Shown here: one piece after another, positions 25,220 to 34,093 of the stretch
Numbering within the stretch: position 1 is the first letter of the stretch
Layout: every line of letters begins with the position of its first letter
Assembly: GCA_029975745.1 (NCBI GenBank)
Contig: JARKOL010000158.1
Location: 1 to 51,746, forward strand
Direction: 5' to 3'
DNA from: Myxococcota bacterium
GTDB taxonomy: Bacteria; Myxococcota_A; UBA9042; DTJE01
DNA length: 51,746 nucleotides
Notes under the pieces: generated by a model
What the model was told of the DNA's origin: nothing
Databases searched by the model: none
The model's input: the letters and a program-made list of their open reading frames with translations, nothing else
Made by a program: the position numbers and the translations under genes

Positions 25220-26290
25220 ATGGGCCTGTTCAGCGGTCGAGCAAACCTCGTCGGCGTCGATATCGGTTCAAGCGCCATCAAATTGGTGCGATTGCGGCAG
25301 GCTTCCGGCTCCTGGGAGCTTGTCGCGTTCAGCCTGGGGCATCTGCCGCCGGACGCGATTGTCGAAGGGCGCGTCATGAATTTCGCGGTCGTGATCGAGC
25401 GGCTGCGGGACGTGATGCGGGAGTCCGGGGTCAAGGACGCCGACTGCGCTCTTGCCATTTCGGGGTCCTCCCTGATTATCAAGCGCCTTGCCCTTCCCGA
25501 GATGACCCGGGCCGAACTGGACGAGTCGATCGTCTGGGAGGCCGAGCAGTACATCCCGTTCGACATCAAGGATGTGAACGTCGATGCGCAGATCCTGAAT
25601 CCCCGCGCCGGTCAGGGCCAGATGGACGTGCTGATGGTCGCCGCCAAGAAGGACGTGGTCAACGAGTACGTCTCGGTCGCGGTCGAGGCCGGCCTGAAGC
25701 CCAACGTCGTGGATGTCGGCATCTTCGCCGCGTTGAACATGTTCGAGGTCAACTACTCGGTTCCGCCCGACCAGACCTCGGCACTGCTGAATGTTGGCGC
25801 GAATTCCATCAACGTCGGCGTCGTGTCCGGCGGCGCGGTCGCGTTCACCCGCGACATCGGCGTCGGCGGCGCGCAGTTGACCAGCGAGATCCAGCGCCAC
25901 TTCAACGTCAGCTACGAGGAGGCCGAGGCATTCAAGACGGGCGCCGAGTCCAGCCTGTCCTCCTCGACGATCGCGCGCGAGGTCAACAAGATCGCGGACC
26001 GCGTCTGTGACGGGATGGTCACCGAGGTGCAGCGCTCGCTGGACTTCTTCGTCGCGACCTCGGTCAAGGCCGATATCCAGCGCATCTATCTGACCGGCGG
26101 CTCGGCCCAGTTGCCCGCGCTGATTCGCGCGCTGGAGCGCCGGATGGAAGTGCAGGTCGAACTGGTCAATCCGTTCCGGAACATCTCGGTCGATGCGCGT
26201 CGTTTCGACATCGACCTGCTGCAGCGCGCCGCCCCGGTCGCGGGCGTCGCTGTGGGCCTGGCGCTTCGTCGGTCGGGGGATGCATCATGA
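25220..26290 (+). CDS. pilM: type IV pilus assembly protein PilM (actin-like ATPase fold)
   Basis: 356 aa. LVGVDIGSSAIKLVRL (phosphate-1 motif) with an FtsA/actin-like layout and C-terminal YLTGGSAQLPAL. It is followed by pilN with an ATGA overlap. Confidence 0.85.
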   Translation: MGLFSGRANLVGVDIGSSAIKLVRLRQASGSWELVAFSLGHLPPDAIVEGRVMNFAVVIERLRDVMRESGVKDADCALAISGSSLIIKRLALPEMTRAELDESIVWEAEQYIPFDIKDVNVDAQILNPRAGQGQMDVLMVAAKKDVVNEYVSVAVEAGLKPNVVDVGIFAALNMFEVNYSVPPDQTSALLNVGANSINVGVVSGGAVAFTRDIGVGGAQLTSEIQRHFNVSYEEAEAFKTGAESSLSSSTIAREVNKIADRVCDGMVTEVQRSLDFFVATSVKADIQRIYLTGGSAQLPALIRALERRMEVQVELVNPFRNISVDARRFDIDLLQRAAPVAGVAVGLALRRSGDAS

Positions 26291-27162
26291 TCAGAATCAA
26301 CCTGATCGGTCTCAAGACCAAGCGCGCCAAGCCGACCAAGCTGGGCGGCAAGGGTCAGTTGCTGCTGTTCGCCGCGATCATCGTGGTCGAGGTGGTCTTC
26401 CTGTTCCTGTGGCACCAGCAGTTGAACGCCGAGCTGGACGAGGCCAAGAAGCGTACGCGTGACGCCACGGCCAAGATCGAGGATCTGAAGCGCGTGAAGG
26501 TCGCCTGGGAGGTCTGGCTGGCCGAAAAGGCGGACATCGAGGCGCAGGAACAGGTTTTCGATCGTTTGCGCGCCGACCAGTTGGGGCCGCCCGCGATGCT
26601 CGAATACGTGACGTACGCGTTGACGCCGCTGGCGGACAGCCCGGCGGGCAGCGACGAGGCGCGCGCCCAGGAACTGATTGGCTGGAACCCCAAGTGGGAC
26701 ACCCGCCGCATCTGGTTGAAGTCCGTCCGCGAGGACGCCGGCAAGCTCACCTTCCAGGGCGAGGCCGTCGATCACGAGGATGTGGCCGAATTCTACCGGC
26801 GCCTCGAGGCTTCGGGGTTCTTCTTCGATGTCGAGCCGGGCAGCCAGACCCGCAAGGTACACATCGACCTCGGGGTCAAGTACGTCGATTTCGATGTTTC
26901 GATGGGACTTTCGTACCTGGCGGTCCTGGAACCCGCCCAGCCGGCCGACGGCGAGGTGCCCGCGTTGCCGCCGGACAGCCCACTGGAGCCGCCCGCACCC
27001 TCGCCCGCACCCGCGCCCCAGCCGGGACATCAGGATGCGCCGCCCGGACCGCCCAGTGGCCCGGGGGTACCCGTGGGGCCCGGCGCCCCCGTGGTTCGCT
27101 CGACCCCGGATGTCCTCCCGACGTTCGCCTGGCATCGGGGCGACGCCGGCGCGGGGAGGTGA
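26287..27162 (+). CDS. pilN: type IV pilus assembly protein PilN with extended Pro-rich C-terminus
   Basis: N-terminal MIRINLIG (the INLLP-type PilM-binding peptide), TM LLLFAAIIVVEVVFLFLW, a coiled coil, then an about 80-aa P-rich tail. Confidence 0.7.
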   Translation: MIRINLIGLKTKRAKPTKLGGKGQLLLFAAIIVVEVVFLFLWHQQLNAELDEAKKRTRDATAKIEDLKRVKVAWEVWLAEKADIEAQEQVFDRLRADQLGPPAMLEYVTYALTPLADSPAGSDEARAQELIGWNPKWDTRRIWLKSVREDAGKLTFQGEAVDHEDVAEFYRRLEASGFFFDVEPGSQTRKVHIDLGVKYVDFDVSMGLSYLAVLEPAQPADGEVPALPPDSPLEPPAPSPAPAPQPGHQDAPPGPPSGPGVPVGPGAPVVRSTPDVLPTFAWHRGDAGAGR

Positions 27163-27165
27163 CGC

Positions 27166-27903
27166 ATGGACCGTTTCCTTCAACTGCCATTGCCCCAGCG
27201 GGTGCTGGTCGTCGGCATCCTGGTCGCCGTGATCGGCGCGGGTGTGTACTTCCTGCTGCTCAGCCCCATCAGCGAAGGGATTTCGCGCCAGGCTCGCCAG
27301 TACAAGTCCCTGATGGGCGAGTACGCCAAGCTGAAGGAGTACGACTCGCCCGAGTTCAAGGAGAACCTTGACCGCGAGCGCGCCGAGGCCGTCATGAAGC
27401 GGGCCGAGTACGCCAAGATGCTGCCGCCCGAGCGGGAACTGCCCGATCTGATTTCCTCGATCAAGGCGGATGCCGACGCGTCCGGTCTGGTCATGGTTCG
27501 GTTCGCGCCCGGGGGAGGACGCCAGGGTGAAGAGGTCGGCCAGGGATATCGAGGACTCCCCTTCTCGATTGAGGTTCTGGGAACGACCCACCAGCTGATC
27601 GCCTTCTTCCAATCGCTGGCTGCGCCCAGCAAGCGCATCGTCAACGTCAAGGATCTGGAACTGCGGGTGGTTCCTCCCGCCCAGGTCGAACGCACCGCCG
27701 GCGACGTCGGGGCTCTGCGCATTCTTCTGGAGCGGGAGCGGTCTCGGGGCCTCACCACCACCGAACGCTACGCGAAGGCGGTGCTTCTGTTCTCCGAGGT
27801 GGCGGAACGCTCGGTGATCCAGGCGAGGTTCACCGCGATGGCGTACGTCTACACTGGCGGGGCGCCGACTGCCTCGGCCTTCGGCGCAGGGGGTGCCAGG
27901 TGA
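27166..27903 (+). CDS. pilO: type IV pilus assembly protein PilO
   Basis: Starts 3 nt after the pilN stop. TM VLVVGILVAVIGAGVYFLLL, a coiled coil, and a ferredoxin-like C-terminal region (GLPFSIEVLGTTHQLIAFFQSL). Confidence 0.7.
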   Translation: MDRFLQLPLPQRVLVVGILVAVIGAGVYFLLLSPISEGISRQARQYKSLMGEYAKLKEYDSPEFKENLDRERAEAVMKRAEYAKMLPPERELPDLISSIKADADASGLVMVRFAPGGGRQGEEVGQGYRGLPFSIEVLGTTHQLIAFFQSLAAPSKRIVNVKDLELRVVPPAQVERTAGDVGALRILLERERSRGLTTTERYAKAVLLFSEVAERSVIQARFTAMAYVYTGGAPTASAFGAGGAR

Positions 27904-28487
27904 GGACAGTCTTCACAATCCTGCTGGCTCTCGCGTTCCTGGCCGGATGTGGGGGGAAGCCCGCGTCGAACATGCCTCCGCCCGGTGTCGGTGGCGCCGC
28001 TTCCGTCGGCGGCGGCATCCCCGGGGTGCCCGCGCCCGCGGCGGGCGTCGAGTCCTCCGATGCCAATCCCCGGTTCACGATCCTGAAGCCCTACTTCAAG
28101 GATTTCCTGCGACGCCCCCTGGATTCGAAGGTCAACATCTTCCGGACCAATCTGGATCGATTCACGCCGACCGTCGAGATCGACGCGGATCCCGAGCAGG
28201 CCGAGATCGGTCCCAAGACGCCGCTCGAGTACTACGACACGGCCTCGTACCGGCTGGTTCTGATCATGAGCGGTACGGCCCAGGCCAAGGCGCTCGTGAT
28301 TGACCCCAGGGACAAGGCCTACATCGTCCAGGTGGGGACGCTGATCGGGAACCGCAACGGCAAGGTCACCTCGATCAGCGCGACCGCCGTGACCATCGAC
28401 GAGCCCGGGTATCCGCCCGTGGTGAAGACGCTCGAGTCCCCGCTGGAGGACATGGAGCGGGAGTTGTCGGCGGTTCAGGAGTTCTAG
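27900..28487 (+). CDS. pilP: type IV pilus assembly lipoprotein PilP
   Basis: GTG start overlapping the pilO stop (GTGA). Perfect lipobox FLAGC. PilP-like beta-domain YRLVLIMSGTAQAKALVIDPRDKAYIVQVGTLIGNRNGKVTSISATAVTI. Confidence 0.65.
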   Translation: MRTVFTILLALAFLAGCGGKPASNMPPPGVGGAASVGGGIPGVPAPAAGVESSDANPRFTILKPYFKDFLRRPLDSKVNIFRTNLDRFTPTVEIDADPEQAEIGPKTPLEYYDTASYRLVLIMSGTAQAKALVIDPRDKAYIVQVGTLIGNRNGKVTSISATAVTIDEPGYPPVVKTLESPLEDMERELSAVQEF

Positions 28488-28523
28488 CGTTCGATTACCG
28501 CCCCACGGATTCGGACTGATCGA

Positions 28524-28533
28524 CTAGAATCCG
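28524..28533 (+). promoter_or_regulatory. possible -10 element (cTAGAATccg) for the FHA-TM gene, flanked by an inverted repeat CGGATTC-N14-GAATCCG
   Basis: TAGAAT at 28525..28530, with no recognisable -35. The IR arms are 28506..28512 and 28527..28533. The AGGAGA SD at 28547..28552 lies 7 nt before the GTG at 28560. Confidence 0.3.
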
Positions 28534-28559
28534 ACGTAAAGACACCAGGAGACCCCGGG

Positions 28560-29858
28560 GTGGATGACACACCCGTCGCAGCGCTGGATCACACCGTCAT
28601 GGCCCCCGCGGAGATCGGTCCGGATGCCCTGGGGTCGGGGGGCGGCCGTGCGCGGCTTCGGGTGGTTCAGGGGCCGAACCTGGGCGTCGAGTTCCTGCTG
28701 GAGGGCCATGCGATTGTCCTGGGGCGCGGGGTCGAGTGCGACCTGATGCTGGAGGACCCCGCGGTCTCGCGAAGGCATGTACGTGTGGTCGTCGCGGGCG
28801 AGCAACTGCTGGGCGAGGATCTGGACAGTGGCAACGGGACGTTCGTCGGCGGAGTGAAGGTCGCGCGATGCAACCTGCTGGACGGGATGCAGTTTCGCGT
28901 GGGCGCCACGCACATCCTGTTCCAGATTGACGCCGAGTCCAGGCCCGAGGTGCCGGCTCCATCGCCCATCGCAGTGGGGACCCCGCCCAGCCTTCGCGTC
29001 CCCCGAGACCCGGTCGCCCACGGTGGGGTCGGCAAGGCACGATGGGTGGTACGTGGTCTGGTGCTGGGCACCACCCTGGCAGTGCTGATTGGATGGCTGC
29101 TGGTCTGGCTGCTGCGACCGACCACTTCCTCCTCCGCGCTGGTGCAGGCATCGGCGGACCTGGCGAGCGCCGCGGTTCATGCCTCCGGTGCCCCGGGCGC
29201 CGATTCCGCCGAAGCGCTTCGTCGCGCCCAGCAGGCCATCGCGGCCCGGGACTGGGCTGCCGCGCTTGCGCACCTGGATGAGGTCACGGGTCAGGCCCCG
29301 GCGCATCCCGGCCTCGACGGGCTTCGGGCTCGGGCTCGGGACGAGCGCCGGAACGGTCAGCTTCTGGAGCGGGCACGCCAGGCCATGGCCAGCGAGGATG
29401 GGGTCGAGGACGCCGCGGCGTTCCTTTCGCGCATCGATGATTCCAGCGTGTATCACGAGGAGTCCCGCCGTCTGCTGGGCTCGATCGAGCGGCAACGCAT
29501 TCACCGGGAGGTCCAGGAGGTGCGTCGCCTGCTGGAGATCAAGGACCATCGAGCCACCCGGGACGCGTACCTCGCCCTGCTGCGTCGGTACCCCGAGGAC
29601 GAGGAGGTGCTTTCCCTGAAGCCCCTGGTGAAGGTGGCGTTCACGCCCGCGCCGGCACGGCCGCACGCTCGGTCCCCAGGGGACGAGCCCCAGGAGTTGC
29701 GGTCCAGGCTTGGCGAGATTCACGCCGAACTCGCCCGCGAGGCCGTCGATCGGGGCGATTGCGAGGCCGGCCGCCGGCACGCGCGCGAGGCCCTGACCTA
29801 CCGGCCGGACGACGAGGTCGCGCGTCGCATCGAAGTCCAATGCGGCCCCGCCGAGTGA
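28560..29858 (+). CDS. FHA domain protein with a single TM helix and a periplasmic helical (TPR-like) domain
   Basis: FHA: VLGRGVECDLMLEDPAVSRRHVRV...DLDSGNGTFVGG. TM: WVVRGLVLGTTLAVLIGWLLVWLL. The C-terminal about 250 aa are rich in A/R/E/L helices (RDWAAALAHLDEV..., RDAYLALLRRYPEDEEV...). The GTG start is SD-supported. Confidence 0.7.
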   Translation: MDDTPVAALDHTVMAPAEIGPDALGSGGGRARLRVVQGPNLGVEFLLEGHAIVLGRGVECDLMLEDPAVSRRHVRVVVAGEQLLGEDLDSGNGTFVGGVKVARCNLLDGMQFRVGATHILFQIDAESRPEVPAPSPIAVGTPPSLRVPRDPVAHGGVGKARWVVRGLVLGTTLAVLIGWLLVWLLRPTTSSSALVQASADLASAAVHASGAPGADSAEALRRAQQAIAARDWAAALAHLDEVTGQAPAHPGLDGLRARARDERRNGQLLERARQAMASEDGVEDAAAFLSRIDDSSVYHEESRRLLGSIERQRIHREVQEVRRLLEIKDHRATRDAYLALLRRYPEDEEVLSLKPLVKVAFTPAPARPHARSPGDEPQELRSRLGEIHAELAREAVDRGDCEAGRRHAREALTYRPDDEVARRIEVQCGPAE

Positions 29859-29888
29859 ATTGCTTTCCCGCCCTGCCCCGGCTAGAAT
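29859..29888 (+). promoter_or_regulatory. putative pyrR-pyrB-pyrC' promoter TTGCTT-18-TAGAAT
   Basis: -35 at 29859..29864 and -10 at 29883..29888. The 10-mer CTAGAATCCG (29882..29891) is identical to the one at 28524..28533. Both begin exactly 36 nt before their start codon. Confidence 0.45.
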
Positions 29889-29917
29889 CCGCCCCGGCTT
29901 ACGCCTTCGGGGGTTCC

Positions 29918-30475
29918 ATGAGTCCGACTCGCGTGCTGGAGGAACGTTCCGTCGCCGACGCCGCCCAGGTGCGTGCGGCCATCGAGGCGCTGGCCCTGCC
30001 GATCGCCGAGGGGGTTCGAGCGGGCAACACGTGCATCGTGGGCATCCAGACCGGCGGTGTCCACGTCGCCAATCGGGTCCTGGCGCGCCTGCACCTGATG
30101 GGGCTTCCCCGCCCGCCGGTGGGCGTCCTGGACATCACCCTGTATCGCGACGACATCTTCCTGGGGATGCAGCAGCCCATGGTTCGGCAGACCGACATCC
30201 CCTTCGAACTGAGCGGGAAGGACGTGGTCCTGGTGGACGATGTGCTGTTCACCGGACGGACCATTCGAGCCGCCCTGGATGCGCTGGTCGACTTCGGACG
30301 CCCCAGGTCGATTCGGCTGGCCGTCCTGGTCGATCGGGGCCTGCGGGAATACCCCATTCACGCCGACTGGGTGGGGATGAACGTGGCCACGACGCAGAAT
30401 GAAACGGTGCGCGTCGAGCTGGCGGAGATGGGCTTCGACAGCGATCGCGTGGTTGTGTACACGAGGGAGACCTGA
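29918..30475 (+). CDS. pyrR: bifunctional pyrimidine operon regulator / uracil phosphoribosyltransferase PyrR
   Basis: ORF 29759..30475, trimmed to the ATG at 29918. PRPP-binding motif [18 protein letters not shown], plus ITLYRDD. Confidence 0.88.
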   Translation: MSPTRVLEERSVADAAQVRAAIEALALPIAEGVRAGNTCIVGIQTGGVHVANRVLARLHLMGLPRPPVGVLDITLYRDDIFLGMQQPMVRQTDIPFELSGKDVVLVDDVLFTGRTIRAALDALVDFGRPRSIRLAVLVDRGLREYPIHADWVGMNVATTQNETVRVELAEMGFDSDRVVVYTRET

Positions 30476-31407
30476 TGGCGACCCTGATGAACCATTTGCT
30501 GGGCCTGGAAGGATTGTCGCGGGAACAGTTGACGACGATCCTGGACCTGGGGCGCGAGTTCAAGGCGGTGTCCCAGCGTCGGATCAAGAAGGTTCCGACG
30601 CTGCGCGGCATCACCGTCGTGCTGTTCTTCATCGAGCCCTCGACCCGAACGCGACTGTCGTTCGAGGTCGCGGCGAAGCGACTGTCGGCCGACACGTTGT
30701 CGTTCACCGCGTCGTCCTCGTCGCTGTCCAAGGGCGAAACGCTGCTGGACACCGCGAAGAACGTGATGGCGATGCAGCCGGACGTGATCGTGATCCGGCA
30801 TTTCGCGCCGGGGGCCGCGCTGTTCCTGTCGAAGAACGTGCCCGCCGCCATCGTGAACGCCGGTGATGGCGCGCACGCCCACCCGACGCAGGCGCTGCTG
30901 GACATGTTCACGATGCGCGAACACAAGGGCCGCGTCGAGGGGCTGGAAGTCGCGATCGTTGGGGACATCGGCCACAGCCGGGTTGCGCGGTCGAACATCC
31001 ATGGACTGACGACGATGGGGGCGAAGGTGCGCGTTGCCGGCCCCCGCACGATGCTGCCGCCGATGCTGGACCGCCTGGGTGTCCAGGTCCATGACCGCAT
31101 CGAGCCCGCGATCGAGGGCGCCGATGTCGTCATGATGCTGCGCATCCAGAAGGAGCGCATGGGCAAGGACCTGTTCCCCTCGGATCGCGAGTACGCGCGG
31201 TTCTTCGGGCTGGACGCCCGGAAGCTGGCGCTGGCGAAGCCGGATGCCCTGATCATGCACCCGGGGCCCATGAATCGCGGGGTCGAGATCACCCCGGACG
31301 TCGCGGACTGCGGACGTTCGGTGATTCTCGAGCAGGTTGAAAACGGCGTGGCGGTGCGCATGGCGGTCCTGTACCTGCTGAGCGCGCACCTTGTGGAAGG
31401 GGCGTAG
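30475..31407 (+). CDS. pyrB: aspartate carbamoyltransferase catalytic subunit
   Basis: Motifs seen: [31 protein letters not shown]. The ATG overlaps the pyrR stop by 1 nt. Confidence 0.9.
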   Translation: MATLMNHLLGLEGLSREQLTTILDLGREFKAVSQRRIKKVPTLRGITVVLFFIEPSTRTRLSFEVAAKRLSADTLSFTASSSSLSKGETLLDTAKNVMAMQPDVIVIRHFAPGAALFLSKNVPAAIVNAGDGAHAHPTQALLDMFTMREHKGRVEGLEVAIVGDIGHSRVARSNIHGLTTMGAKVRVAGPRTMLPPMLDRLGVQVHDRIEPAIEGADVVMMLRIQKERMGKDLFPSDREYARFFGLDARKLALAKPDALIMHPGPMNRGVEITPDVADCGRSVILEQVENGVAVRMAVLYLLSAHLVEGA

Positions 31408-31408
31408 G

Positions 31409-32707
31409 ATGCGGAATCGAATCGTCAATTGCGAGATTCTGGACCCCTCGACGGGCAAGCGCTTCTGGGGCTTCGTCGAGTGGGAGGATGGCGTCATCCG
31501 CAAGGTCGGCAAGGCCGGTCCCGGGCTGGTTGACAGTGCCGCCGAGGGCGTCCAGGTCATCGACGGCCACGGGCACCTGCTGACCCCGTCCCTCGTCGAT
31601 TTGTACGCCGATTTCTGCGAGCCGGGGAAGGAGTACCGCGAGGATATCGCCTCCGGGTCCGCGGCCGCGGCGGCGGGCGGCTACTCGCACGTCCTGCTGC
31701 GTCCGGATACCGATCCCTGCGTGGATGGCGCCGATACGGTCCGGTACATCCTCGAACTGGCGACGCGGGCCGATCGGATCGACGTGCTGCCCATGGGCTG
31801 CCTGTCCCGCAAGCTGGGCGGCGAGACGATGGCCGAGATCGGCGAGATGTCGGTCGCCGGCGTCCGGGCGCTGTCCGACGGGGACCGCTGGGTGGCTCGG
31901 ACCGGATTCCTGCGCCAGGCGATGGAATACGGCGCGAACTTCGGGCTGCCGATCGTCCTTACGAACGAGGATCCCGCGCTGGTGGACGGTGTCGCGCATG
32001 AGGGCCTGGTCTCGGCCGCGAAGGGCCTGAAGACGTCCCCCGTCGCGGCCGAGGAAGTCGCGGTCGCGCGCCACATCGCGTTGGCCGAACTGACCGGAGC
32101 CCGGACGCACCTGGCGAAGCTGTCGTCGGCCGCGGGCGTGCGGCTGGTGCGCGACGCCAAGGCCCGGGGCGTTCCGGTGACCGCCTCCGTGTCCATCCAC
32201 AACCTGCTGCTGGACGAGACCTCGGTCGCGGACTACGACCCGATGTGCAAGGTGTGGCCCCCCGCGCGCGCCGACGAGGACCGCAAGGCCCTGCTGGCCG
32301 CGGTTTCCGATGGGACCATCGACGCGATCGTGTCGGACCACGCTCCGCGCGCCATCGAGGACAAGGAGGTCGAGTTCGACCTGGCGTCCCGCGGTGCCCT
32401 GTCGATCGAGCTGGTGTTCACGTTGCTGAATCGCCTGGTGCTGGCCGGCGAGATCGAACTGCTGCCGGCCCTGCGTGCCGTGACGGTCGGCCCTCGGCGA
32501 GTGCTGGGGATCGAGGGGGGGGCCATCGCCGCCGGGAAGCCGGCGGACCTTGCCCTGCTGGACCGCGCGTCCACCTGGGTTGCGGATGCCAGCACGCTGG
32601 TTTCGCGCGGCTGCAACTCCCCCTTCCTCGGCCAGCGCCTGGTCGGCCGCCCCGAAATGACCGTGCGCCGCGGTCGCGTGACGTTCAGTCGCGCGCAGGC
32701 GCGGTAG
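31409..32707 (+). CDS. pyrC: dihydroorotase-like protein, predicted non-catalytic (PyrC'-type)
   Basis: It is colinear with class I dihydroorotases but the metal ligands are replaced. VDLYADFCEPG replaces DLHVHxREPG, VLTNED replaces xxHxED, THLAKLSS replaces xHxxHxST, and VSIHNLLL replaces xxPHHLxL. SDHAP is retained. The ATG at 31409 lies 1 nt after the pyrB stop. Confidence 0.8.
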   Translation: MRNRIVNCEILDPSTGKRFWGFVEWEDGVIRKVGKAGPGLVDSAAEGVQVIDGHGHLLTPSLVDLYADFCEPGKEYREDIASGSAAAAAGGYSHVLLRPDTDPCVDGADTVRYILELATRADRIDVLPMGCLSRKLGGETMAEIGEMSVAGVRALSDGDRWVARTGFLRQAMEYGANFGLPIVLTNEDPALVDGVAHEGLVSAAKGLKTSPVAAEEVAVARHIALAELTGARTHLAKLSSAAGVRLVRDAKARGVPVTASVSIHNLLLDETSVADYDPMCKVWPPARADEDRKALLAAVSDGTIDAIVSDHAPRAIEDKEVEFDLASRGALSIELVFTLLNRLVLAGEIELLPALRAVTVGPRRVLGIEGGAIAAGKPADLALLDRASTWVADASTLVSRGCNSPFLGQRLVGRPEMTVRRGRVTFSRAQAR

Positions 32708-32749
32708 CCGCCCGAGTGGCGCCATCTGGCGTCTGGAAAGGGACCGTTC

Positions 32750-34093
32750 ATGGAGATTCGCGATCCGATTCACGGGCCGATCGAGGTCAGCCCCGCCGAG
32801 AAGCGGGTCATCGATCACCCCCTGGTGCAGCGCCTGCGTCGTGTCCGCCAGTTGGGGTTCTCCGAGACGACCTTCCCCGGGGCGACGCACACCCGCTTCC
32901 TGCACTCGCTGGGGGCGATGCACCTGGCCGGCCTGGCGTTCGATGCGGTGGCGCGGGACCTGGGCCATCTGGACCAGGCGTCGCTGCAGCGCGCACGTGC
33001 GGCTCTTCGCCTTGCGGCTCTGCTGCACGATCTTGGCCATCCGCCCATGTCCCACACCGGCGAGGCGATCCTGCCGCTGGGACGCGACCTTGGAAACCCT
33101 GCGGGAACGCAGCCGGATCGTGCCGTCACCCACGAGCAGATGACCTGTGCCCTGATTCTGGCCAGCGACTTGTCCCCCCTGCTGCAGGATGCCTTTCAGG
33201 ATCTGGACGTTCGCCCGGACGACGTCGCCTGCATCCTTGGGGCGGACGTTCAAGGCGATCCCTTCCGCAAGGACGGCGTGACGATCCTGCCCCTGCTGCG
33301 CCAGTTGATCGCCGGCGAACTGGACGTGGACCGCATGGACTATCTGTTGCGGGACTCGTACTTCACCGGCGTGACGTACGGGCGTTTCGAGAAGGACTGG
33401 CTACTGTCCCATGTCGGCGCGCATCCCGTCGGTGACGCGATGTGCCTGTCCCTGGACTCGTCCGCCATCTTCGCCTTCGAGGACTTCCTGCTGTCCCGGT
33501 ACCACATGTTCCTGATGGTCTACGCGCACCACAAGACCCTGGCGTACCATCGGATGCTGGGAAGGTTCCTGGACGGGGATGCGGGGCGCAACCTGCGCCT
33601 GCCGGCCGACCCCGTGGCGTTCCGCGAGTGTGACGACGAATGGCTGCTGGCGCGCTTGCGGGCGTCCGACGACCCGTGGGCGCGCCGGATTCTGGCCCAT
33701 AAGCCCCTGCAACTGGCCGTCGAGGGCTGGGACGATGACGCGGCGGCCCTGGATGCGGTGGCCGGCCAGGTGCGCGATTCCATGCCGTCCTCGACCGAGT
33801 GGGTGGACTCGCGCGTGGAGTTTTCGCATTACTTTCCGACCGGAGCCGCCGCGGACACGCGAACCTCGCCCCTGCTGGTTCGCGTCGGGCGTCCCGGCTC
33901 GCGTCGATCCGTGACGCCTGTCGAGCAGTACAGCGACCTGTACGTTCGCCAGGCCCGGCGCAAGCGGGTGATGCGCATCTACTGCGCCGCCGACGATGTC
34001 GGAGCGGTCGTGGATGCCGTGGCGCGGGCCCTGGGGCCCCTGCTCCCCGGATCCGGTTCCCTGGAATGCTCGAACGCGGCGGTTGACGACTGA
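32750..34093 (+). CDS. HD-domain phosphohydrolase (dNTP triphosphohydrolase/SAMHD1-like, COG1078-type)
   Basis: Motifs seen: IRDPIHGPIEVSP...LVQRLRRVRQLG, THTRFLHSLG, LLHDLGHPPMSH, DVDRMDYLLRDSYFTGV. Confidence 0.8.
   Translation: MEIRDPIHGPIEVSPAEKRVIDHPLVQRLRRVRQLGFSETTFPGATHTRFLHSLGAMHLAGLAFDAVARDLGHLDQASLQRARAALRLAALLHDLGHPPMSHTGEAILPLGRDLGNPAGTQPDRAVTHEQMTCALILASDLSPLLQDAFQDLDVRPDDVACILGADVQGDPFRKDGVTILPLLRQLIAGELDVDRMDYLLRDSYFTGVTYGRFEKDWLLSHVGAHPVGDAMCLSLDSSAIFAFEDFLLSRYHMFLMVYAHHKTLAYHRMLGRFLDGDAGRNLRLPADPVAFRECDDEWLLARLRASDDPWARRILAHKPLQLAVEGWDDDAAALDAVAGQVRDSMPSSTEWVDSRVEFSHYFPTGAAADTRTSPLLVRVGRPGSRRSVTPVEQYSDLYVRQARRKRVMRIYCAADDVGAVVDAVARALGPLLPGSGSLECSNAAVDD

Noticed and set aside
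29859-29917. PyrR-binding attenuator (Bacillus-type UCCAGAGAGG binding loop with terminator/antiterminator) in the pyrR leader or between pyrR and pyrB
   Set aside because: No such sequence or alternative hairpins are visible. pyrR and pyrB overlap by 1 nt, so there is no room for an attenuator. The organisation matches the Pseudomonas-type pyrRBC' operon, which is not attenuator-controlled.
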